Source: the human T2T-CHM13v2.0 reference genome, Homo sapiens | Length of the DNA stretch: 64,000 nt | Strand: one strand, 5' to 3' | Assembly: GCF_009914755.1 (NCBI RefSeq) | Contig: NC_060925.1 | Program-made: the position numbers and the translations under genes | Notes under the pieces: model-generated | Told to the model about the DNA's origin: nothing | What the model saw: the letters and a program-made list of their open reading frames with translations, nothing else | The model's database searches: none | Shown here: in pieces, positions 16,736-28,530 of the stretch | Numbering within the stretch: the first letter of the stretch is position 1 | How the letters are laid out: each line of letters begins with the position of its first letter

Positions 16736-18041
16736 TCATATCAAGGAGGAGAGGAGAAAATGGAAAGTGATGTTCTATACCATTGATACTAATTGAACTT
16801 CTACTGTGTACTATGATACTGTAGTTTTTAGGCCGGGTGCTATGCAAAGTTTTGGAGCTGCCAAGATGGGTATGATAAGATGTCCTGACTCACTGACTCA
16901 TCCATTCATGTAATAGATGTAATTGTATATGAAAAGCAGATAGCAAAGTAGACAGCGTGATTATTTCTACCTGAGTAGGTTGGTGAGGACTTTAAAGTTA
17001 ACACCAAGGCAGGCTTTCTAGAAAAACAAGTCTTTGCCAGGAAGCCATTCTAGACAGAGGGGTTTCCCAAGCAAGGCACCAGAAGAGACAAGAAAGGTCT
17101 TATTTCATGTGCAGACATGTCCTCCTACACATACAGAAAATGCCAGTGTGACAAATACATACTCATCACTGGCAAACTAGGTCAAGCAGCAAACGAGACC
17201 CAAGCAGCAAAAATACACAATGGCAGCGTGAGGAGAGATGACATAGTAAATAGTAAAGAGGAGGGTTTCTCACATGGGGCCCGCCAAAGGGAGCCCAGGA
17301 CTTCTGGGAACACTCTCACCTCTTGTCTCCTTCAGCAGCCCCTGTTCCAAGTTCTTTCAGGACTGAGTCTTCATTCTTCTCTAATATTACCCCAGCTCTC
17401 CTTGATAAGACTTGATGAGAGCAGAAACCTTTAGCTTTTTTCATGTGAATCACCATATAGCAGATAGGGGAGAAGAGGGAAGTAGGGAGGGGACATCTAA
17501 ACAGGGACTCTATGCTAGAAGCAGCACTTAGAATATTCCACATGCTATCACAGGCCAATACACGGAAGGTCAGGCAGGCTTTCACTGCCTCTCTTTGAAT
17601 TTGTTCAATGATTTTTTTGTTTTTCTTATTTGGTTTTTACTCTATTTGCTCCTTACTGAGGACTCTAAGTGAACCCTGTCTTTTCTATCCAACCTCACAT
17701 ATAATTATTGAGTACTTATTCTGCGCATTTTTCTACAAAACTTTATCTGTACTTCTCCCGTCACTTATTTATTCATCCCACAAATAATCATTGAGCACAT
17801 AAAAAGCACCAGTCACTGTTTAAGATTTTTTTTTATTATTATACTTTAAGCTCTGGGATACATGTGCAGAATATGCAGGTTTGTTACATAGGTATACACG
17901 TGCCACGGTGGTTTGCTGCACCCATCAACCCATCATCTACATTAGGTATTTCTCCTAATGCTATCCCTCCCTTAGCCCCCCAACCCCCAACAGGCCCCAG
18001 TGTGTGATGTTCCCTTCCCTGTGTCCATGTGTTCTTATTGT

Positions 18042-21000
18042 TCAACTCCCACATATGAGTGAGAACATGCGGTGTTTGGTTTTCTGTTCCTGTGTTAGTT
18101 TGCTGAGAATGATGGTTTCCAGCTTCATCCATGTCCCTGCAAAGGACATGAACTCATCCTTTTTATGGCTGCATAATATTCCATGGTGCATATGTGCCAC
18201 ATTTTCTTTATCCAGTCTATCATTGATGGGCATTTGGGTTGGTTCCAAGTCTTTGCTATTGTGAATAATGCCGCAATAAACATACGTGTGCATGTGTCTT
18301 TATAGCAGAATGATTTATAATCCTTTGGGTATATACCCAGTAATGGGATTGCTGGGTCAAATGGTATTCCTATTTCTAGATCCTTGAGGAATTGCCACAC
18401 TGTCTTCCACAATGGTTGAACTAATTACATTCCCACCAACAGTATAAAAGTGTTCCTATTTCTCCACATCCTCTCCAGCATCTGTTGTTTCCTGACTTTT
18501 TAATGATTGCCATTCTAACTGGCATGAGATGATATCTCATTGTGGTTTTGATTTGCATTTCTCTAATGACCAGTGATGATGAGCTTTTTTTCATATGTTT
18601 GTTGGCTGTGTAAATGTCTTCTTTTGAGAAGTGTCTGTTCATATCCTTCACACACTTTTTGATGGGGTTTTTTTTTCTTGTAAATTTGTTTAACTTCCTT
18701 GTAGATTCTGGATATTAGTCCTTTGTCAGATGGATAGATTGCAAAAATTTTCTCTCATTCTGTAGGTTGCCCGTTCACTCCGATGATAGTTTCTTTTGCT
18801 GTGCAGAAGCTCGTTAGCTTAATTAGATCCCATTTGTCAATTTTGGCTTTTGTTGCCATTGCTTTTGGTGTTTTAGTCATGAAGTCTTTGCCCCTGCCTA
18901 TGTCCTGAATGGTATTGCCTAGGTTTTCTTCTGGGGTTTTTATGGTTTTAGGTCTTCTGTTTAAATCTTTAATCCATCTTGAGTTAATTTTTGTATAAGG
19001 TGTAACGAAGGGGTCCAGTTTCAGTTTTCTGCATATGGCTAGCCAGTTTTCCCAACACCATTTATTAAATAGGGAATCCTTTTGCCATTGCTTGTTTTTG
19101 TCAGGTTTGTCAAAGATCAGATGGTTGTATATGTGTGGCGTTATTTCTGAGGCCTCTATTATGTTCCATTGGTCTATATCTCTGTTTTGGTGCCAGTACC
19201 ATGCTGTTTTGGTTACTGTAGCCTTGTAGTGTAGTTTGAAGTCAGGTAGTGTGATGCCTCCAGCTTTGTTCTTTTTGCTTAGGATTGTCTTGGCTATATG
19301 GGCCTTCTTTCTGTTCCATATGAAATTTAAAGTAGTTTTTTCTAATTCTGTGAAGAAGTCAATGGTAGCTTGATGGGGATAGCACTGAATCTACAAATTA
19401 CTTTGGGTAGTATGGCCATTTTCACACTATTGATTCTTATCCATTACCATGGAATGTTTTTCCATCTGTTTTGTCGTCTCTGATTTCCTTGAGCAGTGGT
19501 TTGTAGTTCTCCTTGAAGAGGTCCTTCACATCCCTTGTAAATTGTATTCCTAGGTATTTTATTCTCTTTGTAGCAATTGTGAATGTGAGTTCATTCATGA
19601 TTTGGCTGTCTATTATTGGTGTATAGGAATGCTTTTGATATTTGCACATTGATTTTATATCCTGAGACTGCTGAAGTTGCTTATCAGCTTAAAGAGATTT
19701 TGGGCTGAGAAAATGGGGTTTTCTAAATATGCAATTATGTCATCTGCAAATAGAGACAATTTGACTTCCTCTCTTCCTATTTGAATACCCTTTATTTCTT
19801 GCTCTTGCCTGATTGCCCTGGCCAGAATTTCCAATACTATGTTGAATAGAAGTGGTTAGAGAGGGCATCCTTGTCCTATGCCAGTTTTCAAAGGGAAGGC
19901 TTCCAGCTTTTGCCCATTCAGTATGATATTGGCTGTGGGTTTGTAATAAATAGCTTTTATTATTTTGAGATACTTTCCATTAATACCAGTTTATTGAGAG
20001 TTTTTCGTTTGAAGGGTTTGGATTACATTTACTGATTTGCCCATGTTGAACCAGCCTTGCATCCCAGGGATGAAGTCAACTTGATCGAGTTGGATAAGCT
20101 TTTTGATATGCTGTTGGATTCGGTTTGCCAGTATTTTATGGAGGATTTTCACATTGACGTTCATCAGGCAAATTGGCCTGAACTTTTCTTTTTTTGTTGT
20201 GTCTCTGCCAAGTTTTGGTATCAAGACAATGCTGGTTTCATAAAATGAGTTAGGGAGGAGTCCCTCTTTTTCTGTTGTTTGGAATAGTTTCAGAAGGAAT
20301 GGTACCAGCTCCTCTTTGTACCACTGGTAGAATTCCACTGTGAATCCATCTGGTCCTGGGCTTTTTCTGGTTGGTAGGCTATTAATTACTGCCTCAATTT
20401 CAGAACTTGTTATTCGTCTATTCAGGGATTTGACTTCTTCCTGGTTTAGTTTTGGGACAGTGTATGTGTCCAGGAATTTATCCATTTCTTCTAGATTTTC
20501 CAGTTTATTTGCATAGAGATGTTTATATTATTCTCTGATGGTAGTTTGTATTTCTTTGGGATCAGTGGCGATATCACCTTTATCATTTTTTTATTGTGTC
20601 TATTTGATTCTTCTCTCTTTTCTTCTTTATTAGTCTGGATAGCAGTCTATTTTGTTAATCTTTCCAAAAAACCAGCTCCTGGATTCATTGATTTTTTGAA
20701 GGGTTTTTGATGTCTCTATCTCCTTCACAGTTCTGCTCTGATCTTAGTTATTTTTTGTCATCTGCTAGCTTTTGAAGTTGTTTGCTCTTACTTCTCTAGG
20801 TCTTGTAATTGTAACGTTAGGTGTCAATTTTAGATATTTCCCGCTTTCGAAGTTGTTTGCTCTTACTTCTCTAGGTCCTGTAATTGTAATGTTAGGGTGT
20901 CAATTTTAGATCTTTCCCGCTTTCTCCTGTGGGCATTTAGTGCTATAAATTTTTCTCTAAACACTGCTTTAGCTGTGTCCCAGAGATTCTCATACATTAT

Positions 21001-21826
21001 GACTTTGTTCTCACTGGTTTCAAATAACTTATTTTTTTCTGCCTTAAGTTCATTATTTACCCAGTAGTCATTCAGGAGCAGGTTGTTCAGTTTCCATGTA
21101 GTTGTGTGGTTTTGAGTGAGTTTCTTAATCCCAAGTTCTAATTTGATTGCACTGTGGTCTGAGAGACTGTTTGTTATGATTTCTGTTCTTTTGCAGTTGC
21201 TGAGGAGTGTTTTACTTCCAATTATGTGGTCAATTTTAGAATAAGTGTGATGTGGTGCTACGAAGAATGTATATTCTGTTGATTTGGGGTGGAGAGTTCT
21301 GTAGATGTCTATTAGGTCCACTTGCTCCAGAGCTGAGTTCAAGTCCTGAATATCCTTGTTAATTTTCTGTCTTGTTGATCTGTCTAATATTGACAAAGGG
21401 GTGTTAAAGTCTACCACTATTATTCTTTGGGAATCTAAGTCTTTTGTAGGTCTCTATATTAGGATAGTTAGCTCTTATTGTTGAATTGATCCCTTTGCCA
21501 TTATGTAGTGTCCTTCTTTGTCTTTTTTGATCTTTGTTGGCTTAAAGTCTGTTTTATCAGACACTAGGATTGCAACCCCTGGCTTTTGTTTTTTTTTTGT
21601 TTTTGTTTTTGTGTTTTTTTTTTTGCTTTCCATTGTTTGGTAAATCTTCCTCCATCTCTTTATTTCGAGCACATGTGTGTCTTTGAATATGACATGGGAC
21701 TCCTGAATATAGCACACTGATGGGTCTTGACTCTATCCAATTTGCCAGTCTGTGTCTTTTAATTGGGGCATTTAGCCCATTTGCATTTAAGGTTACTATT
21801 GTTATGTGTGAATTTTATCCTGTCAT
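18042..21826 (-). pseudogene. L1 ORF2 (endonuclease/reverse transcriptase), frameshifted
   Basis: Fragments [12 protein letters not shown]...YSKIDHI (EN), SPGPDGFT...[13 protein letters not shown] (RT) and [18 protein letters not shown] (C-terminal) lie in separate frames. Confidence 0.93.
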
Positions 21827-21889
21827 TATGACTCTAGCTGCTTTTTTTGCTCATTAGTTGATGCAGTTTCTTCACAGTGTCGATTGTCT

Positions 21890-22897
21890 TGGCAATTTGG
21901 TATGTTTTTGCAGTGGCTGGTACCAAGTTTTTTATTTCCTTATTTAGTGCTTCCTTCAGGAGCTCTTGTAAGGCAGGCCTGGTGGAGAGAAAATCTCTCC
22001 GCATTGCTTGCCTGTAAAGAATTTTATTTCTCCTTCGCTTATGAAGCTTAGTTTGGCTGGATATGAAATTCTGGGTTGAAAATGCTTTAAGCATGTTGAA
22101 TATTGGCCCCCACTCTCTTTTAACTTATAGGGTTTCTGCAGAGAGATCCACTCTTAGTCCGATGGGCTTCCCTTTGTGGGTAACTCGACCTTTCTCTCTG
22201 GCTGCCCTTAACATTTTTTTTCTTCATTTCAGCCTTGGTGAATCTGAAGATTATGTGTCTTGGGGTTGAACTTCTTGAGGAATATCTTTGTGGTGTTCTC
22301 TGTATTTCCTGAATTTGAATGTTGGCCTGTCTTTCTAGGTTGGGGAAGTTCTGGATAATATCCTGAAGAGTGTTTTCCAACTTGGTTCCATTTTCCCCAT
22401 CATTTTCAGGTATACCAATCAAACATATGTTTGGTCTTTTCACATAGTCCCATATTTCTTGGAGGCTTTGTTCATTCCTTTTCATTCTTTTTTCTCTAAT
22501 CTTGTCTTCATGCTTTATTTCATTAAGTTGATCTCAATCTCTGATATCCTTTCTTCCGCTTGATCGATTTGGCTACTGATACTTGTGTATGCTTCACAAA
22601 GTTCTCGTGCTGTGTTTTTCAGCTCCATCAGGTCATTTATGTTCTTCTCTAAACTGGTTATTCTAGTTAGCAATTCCTCTAACCTTTTTTCAAGGTTCTT
22701 AGCTTCCTTGCATTGGATTAGAACATGCTTCTTTAGCTGTGGAGTTTGTTATTACCCACCTTCTGAAGCCTACTTCTGTCAATTCATCAAACTTATTCTC
22801 AGTCCAGTTTTGTTCTCTTGCTGGCGAGGAGTTGTGATCCTTTGGAGGAGAAGAGGCATTCTGGTTTTTCGAATTGTCAGCGCTGGCTTTTCCTCAT
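21890..22897 (-). pseudogene. L1 ORF1, frameshifted
   Basis: MKRNEQSLQEIWDYVKRPN...QRTPQRYSSR and TRPALQELLKEALN fragments; ATG at 22897. Confidence 0.9.
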
Positions 22898-23584
22898 CTT
22901 CATGGATTTATCTAGCTTTGGTCATTTATGCTGGTGACTTTTGGATGGGGTTTTTGTGTGAACATCCTTTTTGTTGATGTTGATGCTATTCCTTTCTGTT
23001 TGTTAGTTTTCCTTCTGACAGGCCTCTCTGCTACAGGTCTGCTGGAGTTTGCAGGAGGTCCACTCCAGACCCTGTTTGCTTGGGTATCACCAGCGGAGGC
23101 TGCAGAACAGCAAATATTGCTGCCTGTTCCTTCCTCTAGAAGCTTCATCTCAGAGGGGCACCCGCCAGATGCCAGCCAGAGCTCTCCTGTATGAGGTGTC
23201 TGTCAACCCCTCCTGGGAGCTCTCTCCCAGTCAGGAGGCATGGGGGTCAGGGACCCACTTGAGGAGGCAGTCTGTGCCTTAGCAGAGCTTCAGCACTGTG
23301 CTGGGAGATTTGCTGCTCTGTTCAGAGCCAGCAGGCAGGAACGTTTAAGTCTGCTGAAGCTGTGCCCACAGCTGCCCCTTCCCCCACGTGCTCTATCCCA
23401 GGGATATAAGCCTCTGATTGGGGCTGCTGGCTTTCTTTCAGAGATGCACTGCCCAGAGAGGAGGAATATAGAGAGGCAGTCTGGCCACAGTGACTTTAGA
23501 GCTGTGGTGGGCTCTGCCCAGTTTGAACTTCCCAGAGGCTTTGTTTACACTGTGAGGGGAAAACTGCCTACTCAAGCCTCAGTA

Positions 23585-23782
23585 ATGGCAAACGCCCCTC
23601 CCCGCACCAGGCTCCAGCATCTCAGGTCGACTTCAGACTGCTGTGCTGGCAGTGAGAATTTCAAGCAAGTGGATCTTAGCTTGCTGGGCTCCGTGGGGGT
23701 GGGATCCACTGAGCTAGACCACTTGGCTCCCTGGCTTCAGCCCGCTTTCCAGGGGAGTGAATGGTTCTATCTCACATTCTAA
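23585..23782 (+). CDS. L1 antisense ORF0-like open frame (65 aa); translation not shown
   Basis: MANAPPRTRLQHLRSTSDCCAGSEN...GSVGVGSTEL resembles primate L1 ORF0 (MAGAPPPASL...SDCCASN...SVGVGPSEP, from memory). Start context gtaATGg. Confidence 0.45.
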   Translation: MANAPPRTRLQHLRSTSDCCAGSENFKQVDLSLLGSVGVGSTELDHLAPWLQPAFQGSEWFYLTF

Positions 23783-24714
23783 GCACCACTGGTGTATGAA
23801 AAAAAACTCCTGCAGCTGGCACAGTGTCTGCCCAAACAGCCGCCCAGTTTTGCGCTTGAAACCCATGGCCCTGGTGGTGTAGGCACCCAAGGGAATCTCC
23901 TGGTCTGCGGGTTGCGAAGACCACGGGAAAAGCATAGTATCTGGGCCAGAATGCACTGTTCCTCATGGCACAGTCCCTCATGGTTTCCCTTGGCTAGGGG
24001 AGGGAGTTCCCCCACCCCTTGCACTTCCTGGGTGAGGTGACACCACACCCTGCTTTGGCTTGCCCTCCGTGGGCTTCACCCACTGTCTAACCAGTCCCAT
24101 TGAGATGAACCAGGTACCTCAGTTGGAAACTCAGAAAGCACCCGCCTTCTGCGTTGATCTCATTGGGAGCTGCAGACCAGAGCTGTTCCTATTCAGCCAT
24201 CTTACCAGCCACCCCCAAGTCTTCAAAAATTAATGATATAACAGTGAGCAAAACACACAGAACTCTCACTTTTTTGGGGAACTTCTCTTCTATGTTCCCT
24301 CCCCCACTGTCCCTGGCCCCCAGCCTTGAGTGCAATACCGCACACACACAGAGAGTAAGAATCCTTCTTTAAAACAGCATTCTCTAAGTGGATCTGTTTC
24401 CTGATTTGCCCACTCTGGATAAAATCTTGACTATAATTCTCAGTTGGAGCCCAACAGACCCAGAAAGCTATTTATAATTACATCTGAAGAGTACTTTCAC
24501 TGAGGACTTTATGGAAATAGCAACTGAGGGTGGTTGAACTTTTTAGTATCATATTGCAATTTATTGAAAATTAAAAATTTTAGACTCGTTTCTGTAATTG
24601 CTATAATTTCTGATTTTAAGTGTCTTCATCAATTGATTTCTAAAGATACTTCTCTTCCCTCAACTCAAAGCCAACCTCCACTTAATGGCCAGACAGAAAT
24701 GGCTTTGGGTCGAC

Positions 24715-24880
24715 TTTAGTTGGAATGTGACAGCTTCCTGCCTCTCTCTGGGACTCTGACTGCTCTTTTAACCTCTCTGTGTCTCAATTTCTCATCTGTA
24801 AAAGAATGTCATAATAGTGACTACATCATAGGATTACAGTGATGGTCAAATAAATTAAACTTGCAAAGTGCCTTAAAGAT
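24715..24880 (+). mobile_element. MIR
   Basis: aacctctctgtgtctcaatttctcatctgtaaaagaatg...catcataggatt is the MIR core. Confidence 0.75.
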
Positions 24881-25882
24881 AAATAAGTTTAATATTAGTG
24901 TTGACTAATGTTCACTGTTGCTATTGCCCTCTTATCTCTTTCCTATTCTATGGTTTTACTTTGTCAAATCAAAGAGACTTAACTATAGTAGATACCCACT
25001 AAATAACGTATAGAATGAATTAACAAATTGGTACATGAAAGAGGAGCACTGCCGTCAAGAAGTTCACAACCTGTAGGAGAGGCAGACAGATGCTCAGCCC
25101 ATAAGGAGTCAATCTGTAAACCACACCACAATGATAGAAAATGCTTGGGCTGGGATTCATTCTTCTGGGAAAGATTACAGAAGCTACCACAGAGCAGTGA
25201 CAGCCATTCAAAAATCTGTACTGTCTGACTCCCCGTTGGAGTCTGCCTCCTGTTAGACCATATTTGTTCAATGTCTGTTCAGAAAAGATGATGACTCCTA
25301 TGAGGGGAAAGGCAGAGATGGATTTATAGAGCCCAAGCTTCAAACCAGAAGATCCCAAACGATACTTTTCTTCTCTAAACTCTGCCACTAACCAAATTTG
25401 CCCCATCCCAAGAAGACCATCTGTTGTTATTGAAGCATGATTCGTAAGAGTCACCCCTTCCCCAAGCCACATTCCAAAGTAACCCTTCAAACTATACTTT
25501 GCACTCTCTCTCATTAAATGCTGGTAAATACAACCCCCCTAGACTTGTTCCATACCCAGCTGTGTTTAAGGCTCCCCATCAGTTGGTGCCTCCCAGAGAT
25601 CCCCCTCCCCTATGCATACCACTTAATCTCACTCTTGTGGAGAGGGATGCCCATGTCTAGGGACCATGTTAGGGGGATAATTGATGACTGTGGGTACTTC
25701 CTGGGTAAATACACAGTATATGACTGAATAATGGAACTTACAAATAAGATGAGGTTTTAGGAACTAGAAGAAAACATCACCTCTATCTCATGTAGAACAA
25801 AGTTATTTGTGATTCGGATTTAGTTCACAATCAACCAGCTATCAGAAGTAGATGGGGGTAACAGTTAGAGAGTGAGGAAGAA

Positions 25883-26030
25883 CAGTGGCTCCCAAACACT
25901 GGTCCATGTAACAGTCACCAATGGGCTGTAGAAGACTCACCTGGGAGCTTGTTACAAATACAGATTTCTGGACCCTCCACTCCCAAAGATTCAGATTCAG
26001 AACATCTAGAAATCAGTATAATTAGCAAGG
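25883..26030. mobile_element. MER5-like hAT MITE fragment
   Basis: cagtggctcccaaac...cacctgggagcttgttacaaatacagatttctggaccc...gattcagattcag. Confidence 0.7.
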
Positions 26031-26719
26031 CTCCAAAGAGATCTTTCCATGTAGGCAGATTTGGTGGCCACCAGGACAGAGACATCTGTGCACAGACATC
26101 AAGGCAGCCCTGACCAAGGCAAATTCATCAGTCTTCTCTGGGCCTGGCCCTGGGATGGACAGTCTATAATTTTCCCTGGCCTTGGCAGCAAGCAGTATGT
26201 CAGTGACCAGGAGCAGGACCCTTTGTGCACTCATTTGAAGGCAAAGTATCACACCATTTGATTGTTTTCAGCACCATTGCTCCCGAGAGCTAGGAGGCCG
26301 TGCCCAACCTTTTTTGATCTGACACTTATATTTTTCACTGCTGCCTTTCACAGAGCTGAGCAAAAGTTGCAAAGGCATAAGGTAAATATGTCTTATTACA
26401 GGAGCAAATGTAGAAATGGTTTCTAGATAGAGTGTGAGGGGTATCCAGAGTTCAAAGAGCATTTGAAGGTCACAGCTTGAAAAAGCCTGTGATTCAAATC
26501 CCTCCTCCAAACGTTCTTCTGTGTTAAAACTTTTCATCATCCTCCCTTCTTGTTCACTCTCAGGTGCTAAGATAAGAAAGCAGGCTGGCTAAAGATGAAG
26601 GGGAAATGCTATATTTGTGGATCCAGCTAGAGGGAAAATGTAGAGTCTCTCTACCTTTCTTTTTGAGTTTGCCTTCCCCGCTTCCCTTTGTATGGCATGT
26701 TCTCACTAGGGGCCCAAAG

Positions 26720-27330
26720 TAATGAATGCATGGAAGGGTGCGCGGGCGGGAAAGCAGAGCAGTGTAATGGGAGAAAAAGGATGTGAAGGCGAGAGGGACA
26801 GGTTGCAATTTTAAATAGAGTAGTCTTACTCATAATGTGACATTTTAGCAAAGACCCCAAACAAATCTTGCAGATCTCCAGAGAAAAAGTGTTCCAGGAA
26901 GAAGAAAGCACAAGTGCAGAGGCTCTGAGGAGGCAACTAAGGGGAACAAGGATTCCAGGATGGCTAGACTGTAGTAAGCCAGGGTGCCGATTATGATGAG
27001 CCTTGGGCACGCTCTAAGGACTCCAACTTCATTGGGACAGTTTTTGAAACAAATTTTAACATAATCATTCTATGCTTTAGTAGATCACTCTGGCTGCTGC
27101 AGTGAGAGAAGAGACTGAAGGGAGGCCTGAGTAGAAGCACGGAGAACAGCTGAGGGCCATTGAGACTATCCTAGTAAGACAGGATGGTAATTACACCGTG
27201 TGATGTCAGTGGCCATGGTGAGAAATTGCAGAATTCTGGATATATTTTGAAGTTACAGTCAACAAGCATTACTGACAAATTGGCAGTGAGGTATCAGAAA
27301 AAAAAAAAAAAAAGAGGAGTCAAGGATAAA
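26720..27330 (-). mobile_element. L2 fragment
   Basis: Antisense L2 (gttgcaattttaaatag..., agatcactctggctgctg, attctggatatattttgaag, aggagtcaaggat). Confidence 0.75.
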
Positions 27331-28145
27331 TTGTGGTCTCAGAAATGGCTGGAAGCATTAAGAACTTAAAACAAAAAAATAATTTTAAAAAGAAAAAAAT
27401 AAATAGTGCAAGAACAAAAGTCAAGAAAGAAGGGATGAAGTTGAAAAGGGGGAGGACTAAAAATCTGAATAATATGTGGAAGTATTTTGTAAACTGTTAA
27501 AAGGCTGCAAATGGAAGTTGGCACCTGGTGATGATGATCATCATTAATTATAACACTAGGAATAAGGCATTGGATTTGTTGTTAAAGAATTTCTAGTGAT
27601 CTCTGAAAGAGTTATTTTTGTACGTGGTAGAAACAGAAGTCTTATATAAGGATTAGAGGAAAAGTGTGTGTGAATAGGTAGAGAAAATTGATGCAGACTA
27701 TTTGTTCTAAACGTGGCAATGAGGAGGACATTAGAGGACAATAAAAATGAGCAACTACTTTATAATAAATAGTAATGACCTATTGTGCATGATAGAGGAC
27801 ATAAAACAGAAGGAGAAAAAGGCTAAAGGAGGCCCCAAGCTAGTTAAGCCTTTAGATCTAAGTTCCAGGTTACAGAAAATGCAGGAGAGTGAGCATCTAT
27901 TAAACCACACCAATAGGAAACAATCAGAAAAATTCAAATTACTGGACATTTTACAGAACACTGACATGCTTTCTTCAACAAGTCAATAGCATGACAGGAA
28001 AAAAAACTGCAGAATTGTATTTGTTTAGATAAGGAAGAATGAATATAGTGACATAACAACCAAATGTATTATTTAAACCATATTTGAATCCTAACTGAAT
28101 CATAAAAAGACATTTTTGAGATGATGATAGAGTTTGCTTTAAAAT

Positions 28146-28454
28146 AAGGTTGAGCATCCTAAACCAAAAATCCAAAATCATAAATGTTCCAAAATCCAAA
28201 ATGTTTTATGAGATAGTAACACCTTTGCTTTTTGATGGTTCATTGTCACAAACTTTGTTTCATGCACAAAATCATTTAAAATTTTGTATAAAATTGCCTT
28301 CAGGCTATGTGTGTAAGGTAAATATGAAACAAATGAATTTTGTGTTTAGACTTGATGTCTCCTTACATATATGCAAATATTCCAAAATCGAGAAAAATCC
28401 AAAATCAGAAACACTTTTGGTCTCAAGCATTTTGGGCAAGGGATATTCAAACTG
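28146..28454. mobile_element. Tigger4b/MER46-like TcMar MITE
   Basis: Terminal inverted repeats aggttgagcatcc ... ggatattcaaactg; internal aaaatccaaaatc repeats. Confidence 0.85.
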
Positions 28455-28463
28455 TCCTAATAC

Positions 28464-28530
28464 AAAAAGAAGAAAGAAGGAGGAGGAAGAAGGAAGAAGA
28501 AGAAAGAAGGAAGAAGAAAGCAGAAGAAGA
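28464..28530. repeat. (GAA/GGA)n purine repeat
   Basis: aaaaagaagaaagaaggaggaggaagaaggaagaagaagaaagaaggaagaag. Confidence 0.85.

Larger units (their letters stand above)
17826..24216 (-). mobile_element. Full-length L1PA6/L1PA7-like LINE-1 (~6.4 kb), disabled
   Basis: 3'UTR and poly(A) at the left (ttattatactttaagctctgggatacatgtgcag). ORF2 remnants ~18042-21826, ORF1 remnants ~21890-22897, complete 5'UTR with YY1 site gccatctt (24196-24203). Both ORFs are broken into many fragments. Confidence 0.97.

Noticed and set aside
17826-24216. Possible active (hot) LINE-1
   Set aside because: Old subfamily with many frameshifts and stops, internal deletions and a duplication. I also could not identify a convincing TSD.
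25930-25945. Perfect minus-strand donor CAG|GTGAGT (and AG|GTGAG motifs near 770 and 44590)
   Set aside because: They lie in MER5- or MIR-like sequence that commonly carries such motifs, and I found no convincing partner sites.
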